A stretch of 64,000 nt of DNA from Solirubrobacterales bacterium. Its GTDB lineage: Bacteria > Actinomycetota > Thermoleophilia > Solirubrobacterales > 70-9. Of the stretch, positions 1 to 9,117 are shown one piece after another. Both the position numbers and the translations under genes were made by a program. A model generated the notes under the pieces. The model saw nothing but the letters and a program-made list of their open reading frames with translations, was not told where the DNA came from and made no database searches. Position 1 is the stretch's first letter. Every line of letters begins with the position of its first letter. The stretch is taken from positions 320 through 64,319 of the forward strand of contig DASULV010000008.1 of assembly GCA_036277955.1 (NCBI GenBank), in the 5' to 3' direction.

Positions 1-1034
1 TGGAGGACAACCTCCGGATGCCCTCGGGCGCCTGTTACGCGCTCGCGGTCCGGGAAGTGGTCGCGCCGGAGATATCGGCGGGGCTGGTGCCGCGCCCGCT
101 CGAGGGCTACCTGGAGAAGATGCGGGCCGCGCTGGTCGCCGCCGCCCCCGAGGGCCGGGCCGAGCCGAACGTCGTGGTCCTCTCCGACGGGCCCGAGAAC
201 GGCGCCTGGTACGAGCACGAGCGGTTCGGCCGGGAGTTGGGACTGCCGGTGGTCACCCCCGAGCAGCTCGAGGTGAGCCGGGGGCGGCTGTTCGCGCGGC
301 ACGGCCGCGAGCGCGAGCAGGTCGACGTGATCTACCGCCGGCTCGATGAAGACCGCCTCTGCGACCCGCTGGGCAACGTCACCGAGCTCGGCGAGCTGTT
401 GCTGCCGGCGCTGCGCTCGGGCCGCATGCGCTGCGCCAACGCCTTCGGGACCGGCCTCGCCGACGACAAGCTCACCCACGCCTACGTCGAGCGGATGATC
501 GAGTTCTACCTCGGCGAGGAGCCGCTGCTGCGCTCGGTCCCCAGCTTCGACCTCTCCGACCCCGACGACCGGGCGCGGGCGATGGAGCGCCTCGACGAAC
601 TGGTGATCAAGCCGCGCGGCGGCTTCGGTGGCCACGGGGTGACGATCATGCCGCGGGCGACCGAGCCGCAGCGCCGGCGCGCGGTCGGCCTCCTGCGCCG
701 GCGTCCCGAGCAGTTCATCGCCCAGGAGACGATCGAGATCTCCAGCCACCCCACGGTCGTCGGCGAGGGCCTGCGACCGCGGCGGATCGATCTGCGCCCG
801 TTCGTCGTCAGCGCACCAGCGGGCGAGGCGGCGATGTGCGGCGGCCTCACCCGCTATGCCCAGGCCGCCGGCGAGATGATCGTCAACAGCTCCCAGGGCG
901 GCGGCTGCAAGGACACCTGGATATTGGACAATCCGGGAGATGAAGCGAGGCGCTCGACCCGGCCGACCCCTGATCGGGGTCACGACCTCCGAGGTGCGGG
1001 AGGCGGAGAGGATCCAGCAGACCCCCGAGAGTGA
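1..1034 (+). CDS. circularly permuted type-2 ATP-grasp protein (COG2308-like), 5-prime truncated by window edge
   Basis: The frame of ORF 18..1034 stays open back to nt 3 (EDNLR before the first Met). Motifs LVIKPRGGFGGHGV and IVNSSQGGGCKDTWIL are typical of this family. Confidence 0.75.
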   Translation, partial: EDNLRMPSGACYALAVREVVAPEISAGLVPRPLEGYLEKMRAALVAAAPEGRAEPNVVVLSDGPENGAWYEHERFGRELGLPVVTPEQLEVSRGRLFARHGREREQVDVIYRRLDEDRLCDPLGNVTELGELLLPALRSGRMRCANAFGTGLADDKLTHAYVERMIEFYLGEEPLLRSVPSFDLSDPDDRARAMERLDELVIKPRGGFGGHGVTIMPRATEPQRRRAVGLLRRRPEQFIAQETIEISSHPTVVGEGLRPRRIDLRPFVVSAPAGEAAMCGGLTRYAQAAGEMIVNSSQGGGCKDTWILDNPGDEARRSTRPTPDRGHDLRGAGGGEDPADPRE

Positions 1035-1728
1035 GCCGAAAGTTCGGGAGATGGTCCTCGGCCTCACCTACCTGCGGGCGCTGGAGGCGGCGGGGGCGCT
1101 GCCGATGGTGATCCCGCCGTTGCCGGAGGAGGCGATCGGGTCGCTGCTCGACCGGCTCGACGGCATCTGCCTCTCCGGCGGTCCCGACCTCGACCCCGAC
1201 ACCTACGGCGCCCGCCGGCACCCGGAGCTGGGGCCGACCGAGCCGGCGCTCGACCGCTTCGAGCTGGAGATGGCGCGCCGCGCCGACACCCGCGAGATGC
1301 CGATCCTGGCGATCTGCCGCGGCACCCAGGCGCTCAACGTGGCCCGCCAGGGCTCCCTGATCCAGCACCTGCCGGAGGTCTCCCCGGAGTTCGCCCATCG
1401 TCAGTCCACCCCCGGCGACCAGACCAGCCACCCGATCGATATCGAGCCGGGCAGCCGCCTCGCCGCAGCGCTGGAAGATGAGGAGGTCGAGGTGCCCGAC
1501 GTGCTCGACGTCAACTCCTTCCACCACCAGGCGATCGAGCGCCTGGGTGAGGGGCTGAAGGTGACGGCCCGCGCGCCGGACGGGACGATCGAGGCGATCG
1601 AGGACCCCGACCATCCCTTCCTGATCGGCGTCCAGTGGCACGCCGAGACGCTCGTGCACCGCCCCTACGAGGCGGCGCTATTCCGGCACTTTGTCGAGGC
1701 GTGCCGGTTGAGCCCCGTAGCGGCTTAG
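940..1728 (+). CDS. peptidase C26 / class-I glutamine amidotransferase-like gamma-glutamyl hydrolase (PuuD-like)
   Basis: Motifs RPLIGVT, LSGGPDLDP, ILAICRGTQALN (nucleophile Cys) and a C-terminal HHQA...QWHAE. It overlaps the previous ORF by 95 nt, so the start is uncertain. Confidence 0.8.
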   Translation: MKRGARPGRPLIGVTTSEVREAERIQQTPESEPKVREMVLGLTYLRALEAAGALPMVIPPLPEEAIGSLLDRLDGICLSGGPDLDPDTYGARRHPELGPTEPALDRFELEMARRADTREMPILAICRGTQALNVARQGSLIQHLPEVSPEFAHRQSTPGDQTSHPIDIEPGSRLAAALEDEEVEVPDVLDVNSFHHQAIERLGEGLKVTARAPDGTIEAIEDPDHPFLIGVQWHAETLVHRPYEAALFRHFVEACRLSPVAA

Positions 1729-2177
1729 CTCCCGCTCGGCGGCAGCACGAACTGCGACACGATCAGGTTCGCCGCCAGGCGCGGCTCCTTGCCCTCGCGG
1801 CGGCGCTCGATCCGCACCTCGATCACCACCGTGCTCTTGCCGACATGCAGGGGCTCGGCGGTCGCCTCGATCTCGTCGCCGAGGATGCCGGCGGCGAAGA
1901 CGTTCAGCTTCAGCTCGATCGTCGTGAAGTTGTGGCCGGGAGGGATGCAGCGGAAGGTCGACCAGGCGGCGACGGTGTCGCCGAGCGCGGTCCAGACGCC
2001 GCCGTGGACGAAGCCGCCGGGGTGCAGGTGGCGCTTGTCGACGACGATGGCTCCGCGGGCGTGCGAGTCCTCGACCTCGAGCGGCTCGATCCCGAGGTCG
2101 CCGGGGAAGCTTCCCGGCAGGAAGTTGCGGACCGTCTCCGGGGTGATCATCGAGCTCGGGTGCGGCTGGTCGCTCAT
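1725..2177 (-). CDS. PaaI-family hotdog-fold thioesterase
   Basis: 150 aa. The HPGGFVHGGVWTALGDT motif is typical of PaaI/YigI thioesterases. Confidence 0.8.
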   Translation of the reverse strand: MSDQPHPSSMITPETVRNFLPGSFPGDLGIEPLEVEDSHARGAIVVDKRHLHPGGFVHGGVWTALGDTVAAWSTFRCIPPGHNFTTIELKLNVFAAGILGDEIEATAEPLHVGKSTVVIEVRIERRREGKEPRLAANLIVSQFVLPPSGS

Positions 2178-2189
2178 CGGGGCGGCAGC

Positions 2190-3107
2190 CTATCCCTCGG
2201 GGTCGAGGCCGAAGCCCTCGAGCCCGTGGTCGCCGTAGGGCTCGTCGCGCTCGCGAACCGCCTCGCGGAAGCCCGACTCGGCGGCGCGGCGGACGAACCC
2301 GTGTCCCTCCTCGGTGTGGCGGGCGATGCCGTCGAAAAAAGTCCCGAGGACCTGGGTCTGGGTCAGCCCCTGCGCGTGGACGGTCTGGTTGACCAGCAGC
2401 TTCATCATCACCAGCTGGTTGATCGGCATCCGCGCGACGCGCTCGAGCAGGCGCTCGAAGCGCTCGTCGAGCCGGTCGGCCGGCGCTGCCTCGGTCGCCA
2501 GCCCCCACTCCGCCGCCTCGGCTCCGGTCAGCGAGTCGCCGGTCAGCAGCAGGCGCTTGGCCCGCATCGGCCCGAGCCGACTCGCCCACATCGCCGTCGT
2601 CGGCGACCCCCAGACCCGCGCCGGTGGATAACCGATCTTGGCGTCCTCGGCGATCACCAGCAGGTCCGAGCACAGCGCCATGTCGGTGCCGCCGGCGACG
2701 CAGTAGCCGTGGACCTTGCAGAGCACCGGCTTCTCGGAGTGGAAGAGGCTCATGAAGCCGCGCACGTTGCGGCTCATGAACTGATAGTCGATGACCGGGT
2801 CCCAGTTGGTGTCCGGGGCGTGATTGGCGCCGATCACCGCGGGGTCGAGCGGCGAGCCCGGCGGCGGCGCCTCGCCCCCCAGCTCGCTCATGTCGCCCTC
2901 GGCCGAGGCGACCAGGTCGTAACCGCCGCAGAAGCCCGTGCCGTTGCCGGCCAGGGCGATCGCGTGCACCCCGGGGTCGAGGTTGGCCCGCTCGACACAC
3001 TCGGCCAACTCGACCGGCATCCCCGCCGTAATCCCGTTCCCCCGCTCAGGGCGGTTCAGGGTGATTCGCGCCACCGGCCCATCCGTCTCGTAGAGAAGCG
3101 TCTCCAC
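2190..3107 (-). CDS. enoyl-CoA hydratase/isomerase (crotonase) family protein
   Basis: ITLNRPERGNG and GFCGGYDL oxyanion-hole region, with crotonase-fold length. Confidence 0.85.
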   Translation of the reverse strand: METLLYETDGPVARITLNRPERGNGITAGMPVELAECVERANLDPGVHAIALAGNGTGFCGGYDLVASAEGDMSELGGEAPPPGSPLDPAVIGANHAPDTNWDPVIDYQFMSRNVRGFMSLFHSEKPVLCKVHGYCVAGGTDMALCSDLLVIAEDAKIGYPPARVWGSPTTAMWASRLGPMRAKRLLLTGDSLTGAEAAEWGLATEAAPADRLDERFERLLERVARMPINQLVMMKLLVNQTVHAQGLTQTQVLGTFFDGIARHTEEGHGFVRRAAESGFREAVRERDEPYGDHGLEGFGLDPEG

Positions 3108-3175
3108 GATTCGACCCTAGCTCGTAAGTGGAGAGTTGACCTGCCTATAGCGAGGTCAACTCTCCAGTAGCTGCT

Positions 3176-4336
3176 CTAGTTGAGGCGTTCCACGAGCATC
3201 GCCTTGCCCTGACCGCCGGCCACGCACATGGTCTCCAGGCCGACCTGCTTGTCGTCGGTCTCGAGGACGTTGAGGAGGGTGCCCATGATGCGGGCGCCGG
3301 TCATCCCGAAGGGGTGGCCGAGGGCGATCGCGCCCCCGTGGGTGTTGAGCTTGTCTTCGTCGATCCCGCATTCGGCCATGATCGGGATCACCTGGGCGGC
3401 AAAGGCCTCGTTCAGCTCGACGCGGTCGACGTCGTTCATGGTCATCCCGGCGCGGTCGAGGACCTTCTTGATCGCGCCGATCGGGGCGACGCCCATCAGC
3501 TCCGGCTCGTTGCCGTGGGTGGCGGCGGTGATGATCCGGGCGCGCGGCTTGAGGCCGAGCTCCTGCGCTTTCTCGGCGCTCATCAGCAGCACCGCGGCGG
3601 CGCCGTCGTTGAGCGGGCAGGAGTTGCCGGCGGTGACGCCGCCGCCGCCGAAGGCCTCCGGCAGTTCGGAGAGCTTCTCCAGGGTCGAGGAGGCGCGGGG
3701 GCCGTCGTCCTTGGCGACCTCGGTGCCGTCCTCGAGCTTGACCGGGACGATCTCGCGGTCGAAGAAGCCGTCTTCCTGCGACTTCACCGCCAGTTCCTGG
3801 GAGCGCTGCGCGAACTTGTCCATGTCGGCGCGGCTGACCTCGTACTTCTTGGCGACGTTGACGGCGGTCTCGCCCATCGCGATGTAGGCGTTGGGCTGGC
3901 CGTTGTTGCCTTTCAGGTTCTCGTTCTGGTCGGCCTCGCCGGCGGGCTCGGTGCGCTCGTTGTAGCGGCTGACGAACTCGACGCCGACGGCGAGGTAGGC
4001 GTCGCCCTCGCCGGCCTTGATCGCGTTGCCGGCGTGGCGGATCGCGTCGAGGCTGGAGGAGCAGTAGCGGGAGACGGTGACCCCGTTGACCTCCTGCGGC
4101 AGCTTCTCGGAGAGCAGCGAGATGATTCGAGCAAGGTTGAAGGCCTGCAGGCCCTGCGGCATGCCGACGCCGCAGAAGACGTCTTCGATCAGAGCCGGGT
4201 CGACCTCGGGGTTGCGCTCGAGCAGCCGGTCGACCACGTAGGCGCCCATCTCGTCGGGGCGGAGCTGGCTCAGCGAGCCCTTGAAGGCACGGCCGATCGG
4301 CGTGCGGATGGTGTCGACGATGACTGCTTCGGGCAT
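3176..4336 (-). CDS. acetyl-CoA C-acyltransferase (thiolase)
   Basis: Thiolase motifs VSRYCSSSLDA, NTHGGAIALGHPFGMTGAR and CVAGGQG. I moved the start from 4447 to ATG 4336 (MPEAVIVD), which is preceded by AAGGAG. Confidence 0.9.
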   Translation of the reverse strand: MPEAVIVDTIRTPIGRAFKGSLSQLRPDEMGAYVVDRLLERNPEVDPALIEDVFCGVGMPQGLQAFNLARIISLLSEKLPQEVNGVTVSRYCSSSLDAIRHAGNAIKAGEGDAYLAVGVEFVSRYNERTEPAGEADQNENLKGNNGQPNAYIAMGETAVNVAKKYEVSRADMDKFAQRSQELAVKSQEDGFFDREIVPVKLEDGTEVAKDDGPRASSTLEKLSELPEAFGGGGVTAGNSCPLNDGAAAVLLMSAEKAQELGLKPRARIITAATHGNEPELMGVAPIGAIKKVLDRAGMTMNDVDRVELNEAFAAQVIPIMAECGIDEDKLNTHGGAIALGHPFGMTGARIMGTLLNVLETDDKQVGLETMCVAGGQGKAMLVERLN

Positions 4337-4530
4337 TCCGTTATCTCCTTGAAGGCTTGGAAGGGCTTGCGACTGCGGCAGGAGGGTAGTTGACGTGGAC
4401 CATGGGCGTCTCGTGCGTTTTGTCACGAAGTTCTGCGGCAGCGTCATGGACCTGCGTTACATTCGCCTCAATCCACCTCGCGCTTATCGCGAGCTCTGCC
4501 GCGCGGCGGCGACGAAAGGAGGGTTCCTAG

Positions 4531-4677
4531 ATGCCTGAGGGTTACTGCGTCAAGGAGCGCAAGAAGGTCGAGATCAAAGACGCCAAACAGGTGACGATGA
4601 AGAACGGGCGTCCGGCGATCCAGGGCGTCTGCCCGGACTGCGGGACGAAAATCTTCAAGATCGGGAAACTCGAATAG
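4531..4677 (+). CDS. small DUF5679-like zinc-ribbon protein (48 aa), not in the ORF track
   Basis: Hand translation gives MPEGYCVKERKKVEIKDAKQVTMKNGRPAIQGVCPDCGTKIFKIGKLE. AAAGGAGGG lies 6-7 nt upstream of the ATG. The family name is from memory of similar actinobacterial small proteins. Confidence 0.7.
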   Translation: MPEGYCVKERKKVEIKDAKQVTMKNGRPAIQGVCPDCGTKIFKIGKLE

Positions 4678-4722
4678 GAGTCCCTCCGAGCGGAATTTGA
4701 ACCCGGCGCGGCCGGGGAGCGT

Positions 4723-5262
4723 ATGCCGGGTCGAATGATCCAGCTTGGAACTTCGACCCGGGGTGCGCTCAGCCGCGAACGCGACGTCCGCGAGGCCTAC
4801 GCCGCCCACTCGGGCGAGCTGTACGGCTTCGCGGTGCGCTCGCTCGGCGACCCGGGACTTGCCGAAGAGGCGGTCCAGGAGACCTTCGTCCGCGCCTGGC
4901 GGGCAGGCGAGCGCTTCGACCCGAAGATCGGCTCGCTGCGGACCTGGCTGTTCGCGATCCTCCGCAACGTCGTCATCGACCTCGGCCGGGCGCGGGCGGT
5001 GCGGCCCGGCGTCGCCGAGGGCGGCGTCGAGCCGAGCGTCGAGCCGTTGGAGGAGGCGCTGCTCTCCTGGCAGGTCGAGGAGGCGATGCGGCGGATCGGC
5101 CCCGACCACCGGCGGGTGATCGTCGAGACCTACTACCGCGGCCGTCCCTACGCGGAGGTCGCCGAGGAACTGGGCGTGCCGGAGGGGACGATCAAGAGCC
5201 GCGTCTACTACGGACTGCGAGCGCTGCGGGTCGTGCTCGAGGAGATGGGCTATGAAGACTAG
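4723..5262 (+). CDS. ECF-type sigma-70 family RNA polymerase sigma factor
   Basis: Region 2 (ETFVRAWRAGERFD, WLFAILRNVVID) and region 4 (YYRGRPYAEVAEELGVPEGTIKSRVYYGLRAL). An alternative ATG lies at 4735. Confidence 0.9.
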   Translation: MPGRMIQLGTSTRGALSRERDVREAYAAHSGELYGFAVRSLGDPGLAEEAVQETFVRAWRAGERFDPKIGSLRTWLFAILRNVVIDLGRARAVRPGVAEGGVEPSVEPLEEALLSWQVEEAMRRIGPDHRRVIVETYYRGRPYAEVAEELGVPEGTIKSRVYYGLRALRVVLEEMGYED

Positions 5263-5962
5263 GAACGACTGCCGCGACTGGCGCGAGCTGCTCGGCGTCT
5301 ACGCGCTGGGGCAGCTGGGGGGCGACGAGCGGGCCGGCCTGGAGGCGCACCTCGAGGGGTGCGCCCAGTGCCGGGAGGAGCTGGCGCTGCTGGAGCCGGT
5401 GGCGCGGATGCTCCCCCATGCCGACCCCGAGCGGTTCGAGTCGGCGGCGCCGCAGCCGCCGCCGGAGCTGGGGGCGCGGATCGCGGCGACGATCGCCGGC
5501 GAACGGCAGCAGGTCGAGCAGCGGCGCCGGCGGCGGGTGTTCGGCGGCTTCGCGCTGGGCGGGGCGACGGCGGCGCTGGCCGCGGCGGTGCTGGCGATCT
5601 TCGTCCTCGGCGGCGGGGGCGGCGGCGAGCCCGCGCAGCACGTCAAGTTCGCCTCGCAGGGGGTCAGCATCGACGCCACGCTGGAGCCCCACTCCTACGG
5701 GACCGAGATCCGCATGTACGTGCATGGGGTCGAGTCCGGCACGCTCTGCCGGGTCTCGCTGCGCGGTCCGGGCGGCGTCTCCTATCCGGCCGGAACCTTC
5801 CGCTATCGAGCCGGCGAGGACTCCGAAGCGGTGCTGAGCTCCGCCCTCGACCTCTCGCGGACGCGGGCGGTCGTGGTCCACGCCGGCAAACGAATCTTCG
5901 TCGCGCCTCTGGGGAGAGCGCCGATCGCGCTGAACACCCAATCCGAGGAGGAATCGACGTGA
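5252..5962 (+). CDS. anti-sigma factor with zf-HC2 domain, single TM
   Basis: HLEGCAQC zinc-finger motif and central TM FGGFALGGATAALAAAVLAIFVL. It overlaps the sigma gene by 11 nt. Confidence 0.8.
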   Translation: MKTRNDCRDWRELLGVYALGQLGGDERAGLEAHLEGCAQCREELALLEPVARMLPHADPERFESAAPQPPPELGARIAATIAGERQQVEQRRRRRVFGGFALGGATAALAAAVLAIFVLGGGGGGEPAQHVKFASQGVSIDATLEPHSYGTEIRMYVHGVESGTLCRVSLRGPGGVSYPAGTFRYRAGEDSEAVLSSALDLSRTRAVVVHAGKRIFVAPLGRAPIALNTQSEEEST

Positions 5963-6564
5963 CCCCCATAACCAACAGAGCCAGGATCTATGCACTCGCG
6001 CTGCTGGCCGTCCTGGCCGTGGCGGCGATCGGAGTTGCCGGCTGCGGCAGCAGCTCGAGCGAAGGCGGCTACGGCGGGGGCGGGAGCTCCTCGAAGGAAA
6101 GCTCTTCGAACGAAAGCTCCAACAGCAACGGCTCCTACAGCGGCAAAGGCGGCGGTGCGTACGGCGGCGCCGAAAACAAGAGCGCCGGCGCGGAAAGCGG
6201 CGCGGGGGTGGTTTCCCTCGGCAACGTCCAGAAGCTCGGCATGGTCCTCGTCGACTCCAACGGCATGACCCTCTACGACTTCCACAAAGACAAGGGCACC
6301 ACGTCCTCCTGCTACGGGCCGTGCGCGGAAGGCTGGCCGCCGATGCTGACCGAAGGCGAACCGACGGTCGGCAACGGCGCCTCCGCCTCCAAGCTCGGCA
6401 CCACCGAACGCAAAGACGGCACGACCCAGGTCACCTACGCCGGCCACCCCCTCTACACCTTCGTCGGCGATCAAAAACCAGGCGAAGCCACCGGCAACGA
6501 CGTCAGCGCCTTCGGCGCCCAGTGGTACGCCCTCCAAGGCAACGGCGAAGAGCCCGAAGACTGA
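5959..6564 (+). CDS. COG4315-family predicted lipoprotein (Yx[FWY]xxD repeats)
   Basis: GTG start overlaps the anti-sigma stop (GTGA). Lipobox IGVAGC, a Gly/Ser linker, then LYDFHKD...CYGPCAEGWPP...HPLYTFVGD. The track ORF 5359..6564 is over-extended. Confidence 0.8.
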   Translation: MTPITNRARIYALALLAVLAVAAIGVAGCGSSSSEGGYGGGGSSSKESSSNESSNSNGSYSGKGGGAYGGAENKSAGAESGAGVVSLGNVQKLGMVLVDSNGMTLYDFHKDKGTTSSCYGPCAEGWPPMLTEGEPTVGNGASASKLGTTERKDGTTQVTYAGHPLYTFVGDQKPGEATGNDVSAFGAQWYALQGNGEEPED

Positions 6565-6570
6565 TCTAGC

Positions 6571-7218
6571 TCAGTCTTCGGAGACGGCGCTCAGCTTGGC
6601 GCGCTTGCGGTAGCTCAGCGTCGGGGGGACCAGCTCGCGGATCTCGGCGAGGAGGCGGGCTGAGAGCTCGCTGGGGTCCTCGTCGGGACGGGGTTGGCCG
6701 CCGACCGGGTCGAAGAAGCGGAGGCGGATGCGGGGGCGGCGGGGGAAGCTGGTGAGGTCGGTGGTGCCCTCGATCGCGACCAGGGTCACGTGGGCCTCCG
6801 GCACCTCGAGCGCCAGGCGGCCGACGCCGCTGCGGGCGCGCAGGACCTTGCCCTTGGAGCGGGTGCCCTCGGGGAAGACGCCGATGCAGATGCCCGAGCG
6901 CAGCGCCTCGATCGCTTTCGCAAGCGCGTCTTTGTCCCCTTTGCCGCGCTGGATCGGGATCTGCCCCATGCCGTTGAGGATCGGCCCCAGGCCACGCACC
7001 TCCCAAAGCTCCGATTTGGCAAGCGCGCGGATCTGCCGCCGCTTGAGGGCGGCGATGCCGACCATCACCGGGTCCCAGTGGCTGTCGTGGTTGCCGAGGA
7101 TCAGCAGCGGTCCCTGCTCGGGCACCGTCTCCAGCCCCTCCACCTGCATCCGGCCCCACCAGGCGACGGGCCGGTTGACGTTCATCGCCACGGAGTAGGT
7201 GCGGGTGCGTTCCTGCAT
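6571..7218 (-). CDS. 1-acyl-sn-glycerol-3-phosphate acyltransferase (PlsC family)
   Basis: NHDSHWD (HX4D) and VFPEGTRS acyltransferase motifs. Confidence 0.85.
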   Translation of the reverse strand: MQERTRTYSVAMNVNRPVAWWGRMQVEGLETVPEQGPLLILGNHDSHWDPVMVGIAALKRRQIRALAKSELWEVRGLGPILNGMGQIPIQRGKGDKDALAKAIEALRSGICIGVFPEGTRSKGKVLRARSGVGRLALEVPEAHVTLVAIEGTTDLTSFPRRPRIRLRFFDPVGGQPRPDEDPSELSARLLAEIRELVPPTLSYRKRAKLSAVSED

Positions 7219-7312
7219 CAGGACGGAGTTCTACGGGTTTGCGCACATCGACGGTCGCCCGGCCTCCGTAGTCTCAGCTCCTCTGAGCGACGAGCGAAGT
7301 GGAGACCAGTTG

Positions 7313-8326
7313 ATGGAGAGCAGCAACGGACGCAGCGGCGGCATCGAGGTCGAAGGCCTCGTCCGCGAGTTCAAGAACGGGCCGCGGGCGGTCGACGGGA
7401 TCGACCTGCAGGTCGGCCAGGGCGAGATCTACGGCTTCCTCGGCCCCAACGGCGCCGGCAAGTCGACGACGGTGCTGATGCTGACCACTCTCCTCCCGCC
7501 CACCGCCGGCACCGCCCGCGTCGCCGGCTTCGACGTCGTCGAAGAAGGGCCGCAGGTGCGCTCGGCGATCGGCGCCGCTCTGCAGGAGGCCGCGCTCGAC
7601 CCGCTGCTCACCGGCAGCGAGCACATGCGCCTGCAGACCGCGATGCACGGCCTCGGCAAGGCCGAGCGCGAGAGCCGCGGCAACGAACTGCTGGAGCGGG
7701 TCGGCCTCGCCGAGGCCGCGGACCGCAGGGTCGGCGGCTACTCGGGCGGGATGAAGCGCCGGCTCGACCTGGCGCTGGCGCTCGCCCACCGCCCCCGCAT
7801 CCTCTTCCTCGACGAGCCGACGACCGGGCTCGACATCCAGAGCCGCACCGCCCTCTGGGACGAGGTCGCCCGCCTGGCCAACGACGACGGCGTCACCGTC
7901 TTCCTCACCACCCAGTACCTGGAGGAGGCCGACGCGCTCGCCAACCGGGTCGGGATCATCGACCACGGCCGCATCGTCGCCGAGGGCACGCCCGGGGAGC
8001 TGAAGGCCGAAATCGGCCGCCCCACGGTCGAGGCGATCCCGCGCGAGGACGGCGACCGTGAGCGCATGGCGGCCATCCTCGGCCGCTTCGGCGAGCACGC
8101 CAACTGCGCCCCCCGCGCCGTCGCCGTGCGCCTGGCGGGCGGCGAGTCACAGCTGGCCGAGGTGGTACGCGCGCTCGACAGCGAGGACATCGCGATCGAG
8201 CACCTGCAGCTCCACGCCCCCTCGCTCGACGACGTCTTCCTCGCCAAGACCGGCCGCTCGCTCGAGGGCGCCGGCGACGAGGACGAGGCGGAGGCCTCCG
8301 AGCCCGAGGCGGTCGCCTCCGCGTGA
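7313..8326 (+). CDS. ABC transporter ATP-binding protein (DrrA / ABC-2 type)
   Basis: Walker A GPNGAGKST, signature YSGGMKRRL, Walker B ILFLDEPTTGLD. Start set to ATG 7313 (MESSNG) rather than 7199. Confidence 0.9.
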   Translation: MESSNGRSGGIEVEGLVREFKNGPRAVDGIDLQVGQGEIYGFLGPNGAGKSTTVLMLTTLLPPTAGTARVAGFDVVEEGPQVRSAIGAALQEAALDPLLTGSEHMRLQTAMHGLGKAERESRGNELLERVGLAEAADRRVGGYSGGMKRRLDLALALAHRPRILFLDEPTTGLDIQSRTALWDEVARLANDDGVTVFLTTQYLEEADALANRVGIIDHGRIVAEGTPGELKAEIGRPTVEAIPREDGDRERMAAILGRFGEHANCAPRAVAVRLAGGESQLAEVVRALDSEDIAIEHLQLHAPSLDDVFLAKTGRSLEGAGDEDEAEASEPEAVASA

Positions 8327-9117
8327 GTTCATCACCCTCAACAAGATCGCTCGCGACCCAGGTCGGGCAGCTCGCCCACCGCTCGGTCCTGCGCACCCTG
8401 CGCCAGCCGGCGCAGATCGTCCCCGCGATCGTCTTCCCGCTCTTCCTCCTCGCGGTCAACTCGGGCGGGCTCAAAGACGCGACCAACCTGCCCGGCTTCC
8501 CGACCGACTCCTACCTCACCTTCATCCTCGCCGTGCCCTTCATCCAGGGGGCGCTGTTCTCGGTGATGAACTCGGGCACCGACCTCGCCCGCGACATCGA
8601 GACCGGCTTCCTCAACCGCCTGGCGCTGACCCCGCTGCGCGGCGCCGCCCTGCTCAGCGGGCTGCTGGCCGGCGCCTTCGTGCTCGGCGTCGTGCAGGCG
8701 GTCGTCTACCTCTCGGTCGGGCTGATCGCCGGCGCCGAACTGGTCACGGGAGCGGCCGGCGGGCTGGTGCTCGTACTCCTTTCGGTCACGATCACCGTCG
8801 CCTTCGGGACGATCGGCCTCTTCGCGGCGCTGCGCTTCGGCTCCGGCGAGGCGGTCCAGGGCCTGTTCCCGGTCTTCTTCGTCTTCCTCTTCCTCTCGGC
8901 GATGGCGCTGCCGCTCGACCTGCTGACGACCGACTGGTTCCACGCGATCGCCAGCGCCAACCCCGTCACCTACCTGCTCGAGGCGATCCGCTCGCTGCTG
9001 ATCGAAGGCTGGAACCTCGGCGACCTGGCGCTCGGGTTCGGGATCGCGGCGGCGATCGGGGCGATCGGGATGGCGGCGGCGAGCAGGGCCCTGAAGACGA
9101 GGCTGGTGCGGACGTGA
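8323..9117 (+). CDS. ABC-2 type transporter permease
   Basis: About six predicted TM segments. The start overlaps the ATPase stop by 4 nt. Confidence 0.85.
   Translation: MSSSPSTRSLATQVGQLAHRSVLRTLRQPAQIVPAIVFPLFLLAVNSGGLKDATNLPGFPTDSYLTFILAVPFIQGALFSVMNSGTDLARDIETGFLNRLALTPLRGAALLSGLLAGAFVLGVVQAVVYLSVGLIAGAELVTGAAGGLVLVLLSVTITVAFGTIGLFAALRFGSGEAVQGLFPVFFVFLFLSAMALPLDLLTTDWFHAIASANPVTYLLEAIRSLLIEGWNLGDLALGFGIAAAIGAIGMAAASRALKTRLVRT

Noticed and set aside
940-1034. The 95-nt overlap between the ATP-grasp ORF and the C26 peptidase ORF as evidence of a frameshift or fusion
   Set aside because: The ATP-grasp family motif (GGGCKDTWIL) ends just before the overlap. The extra 40-aa tail may simply be a late stop in GC-rich sequence. 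No alternative start for the peptidase is visible, so I cannot decide from sequence alone.
4698-4723. ECF-type promoter-like motif TGAACC-16 nt-CGTA upstream of the ECF sigma gene (possible autoregulation)
   Set aside because: The -10-like CGTA overlaps ATG 4723. The motif would only work with the downstream ATG 4735 and an almost leaderless mRNA. The match is too short and degenerate to report as a feature.
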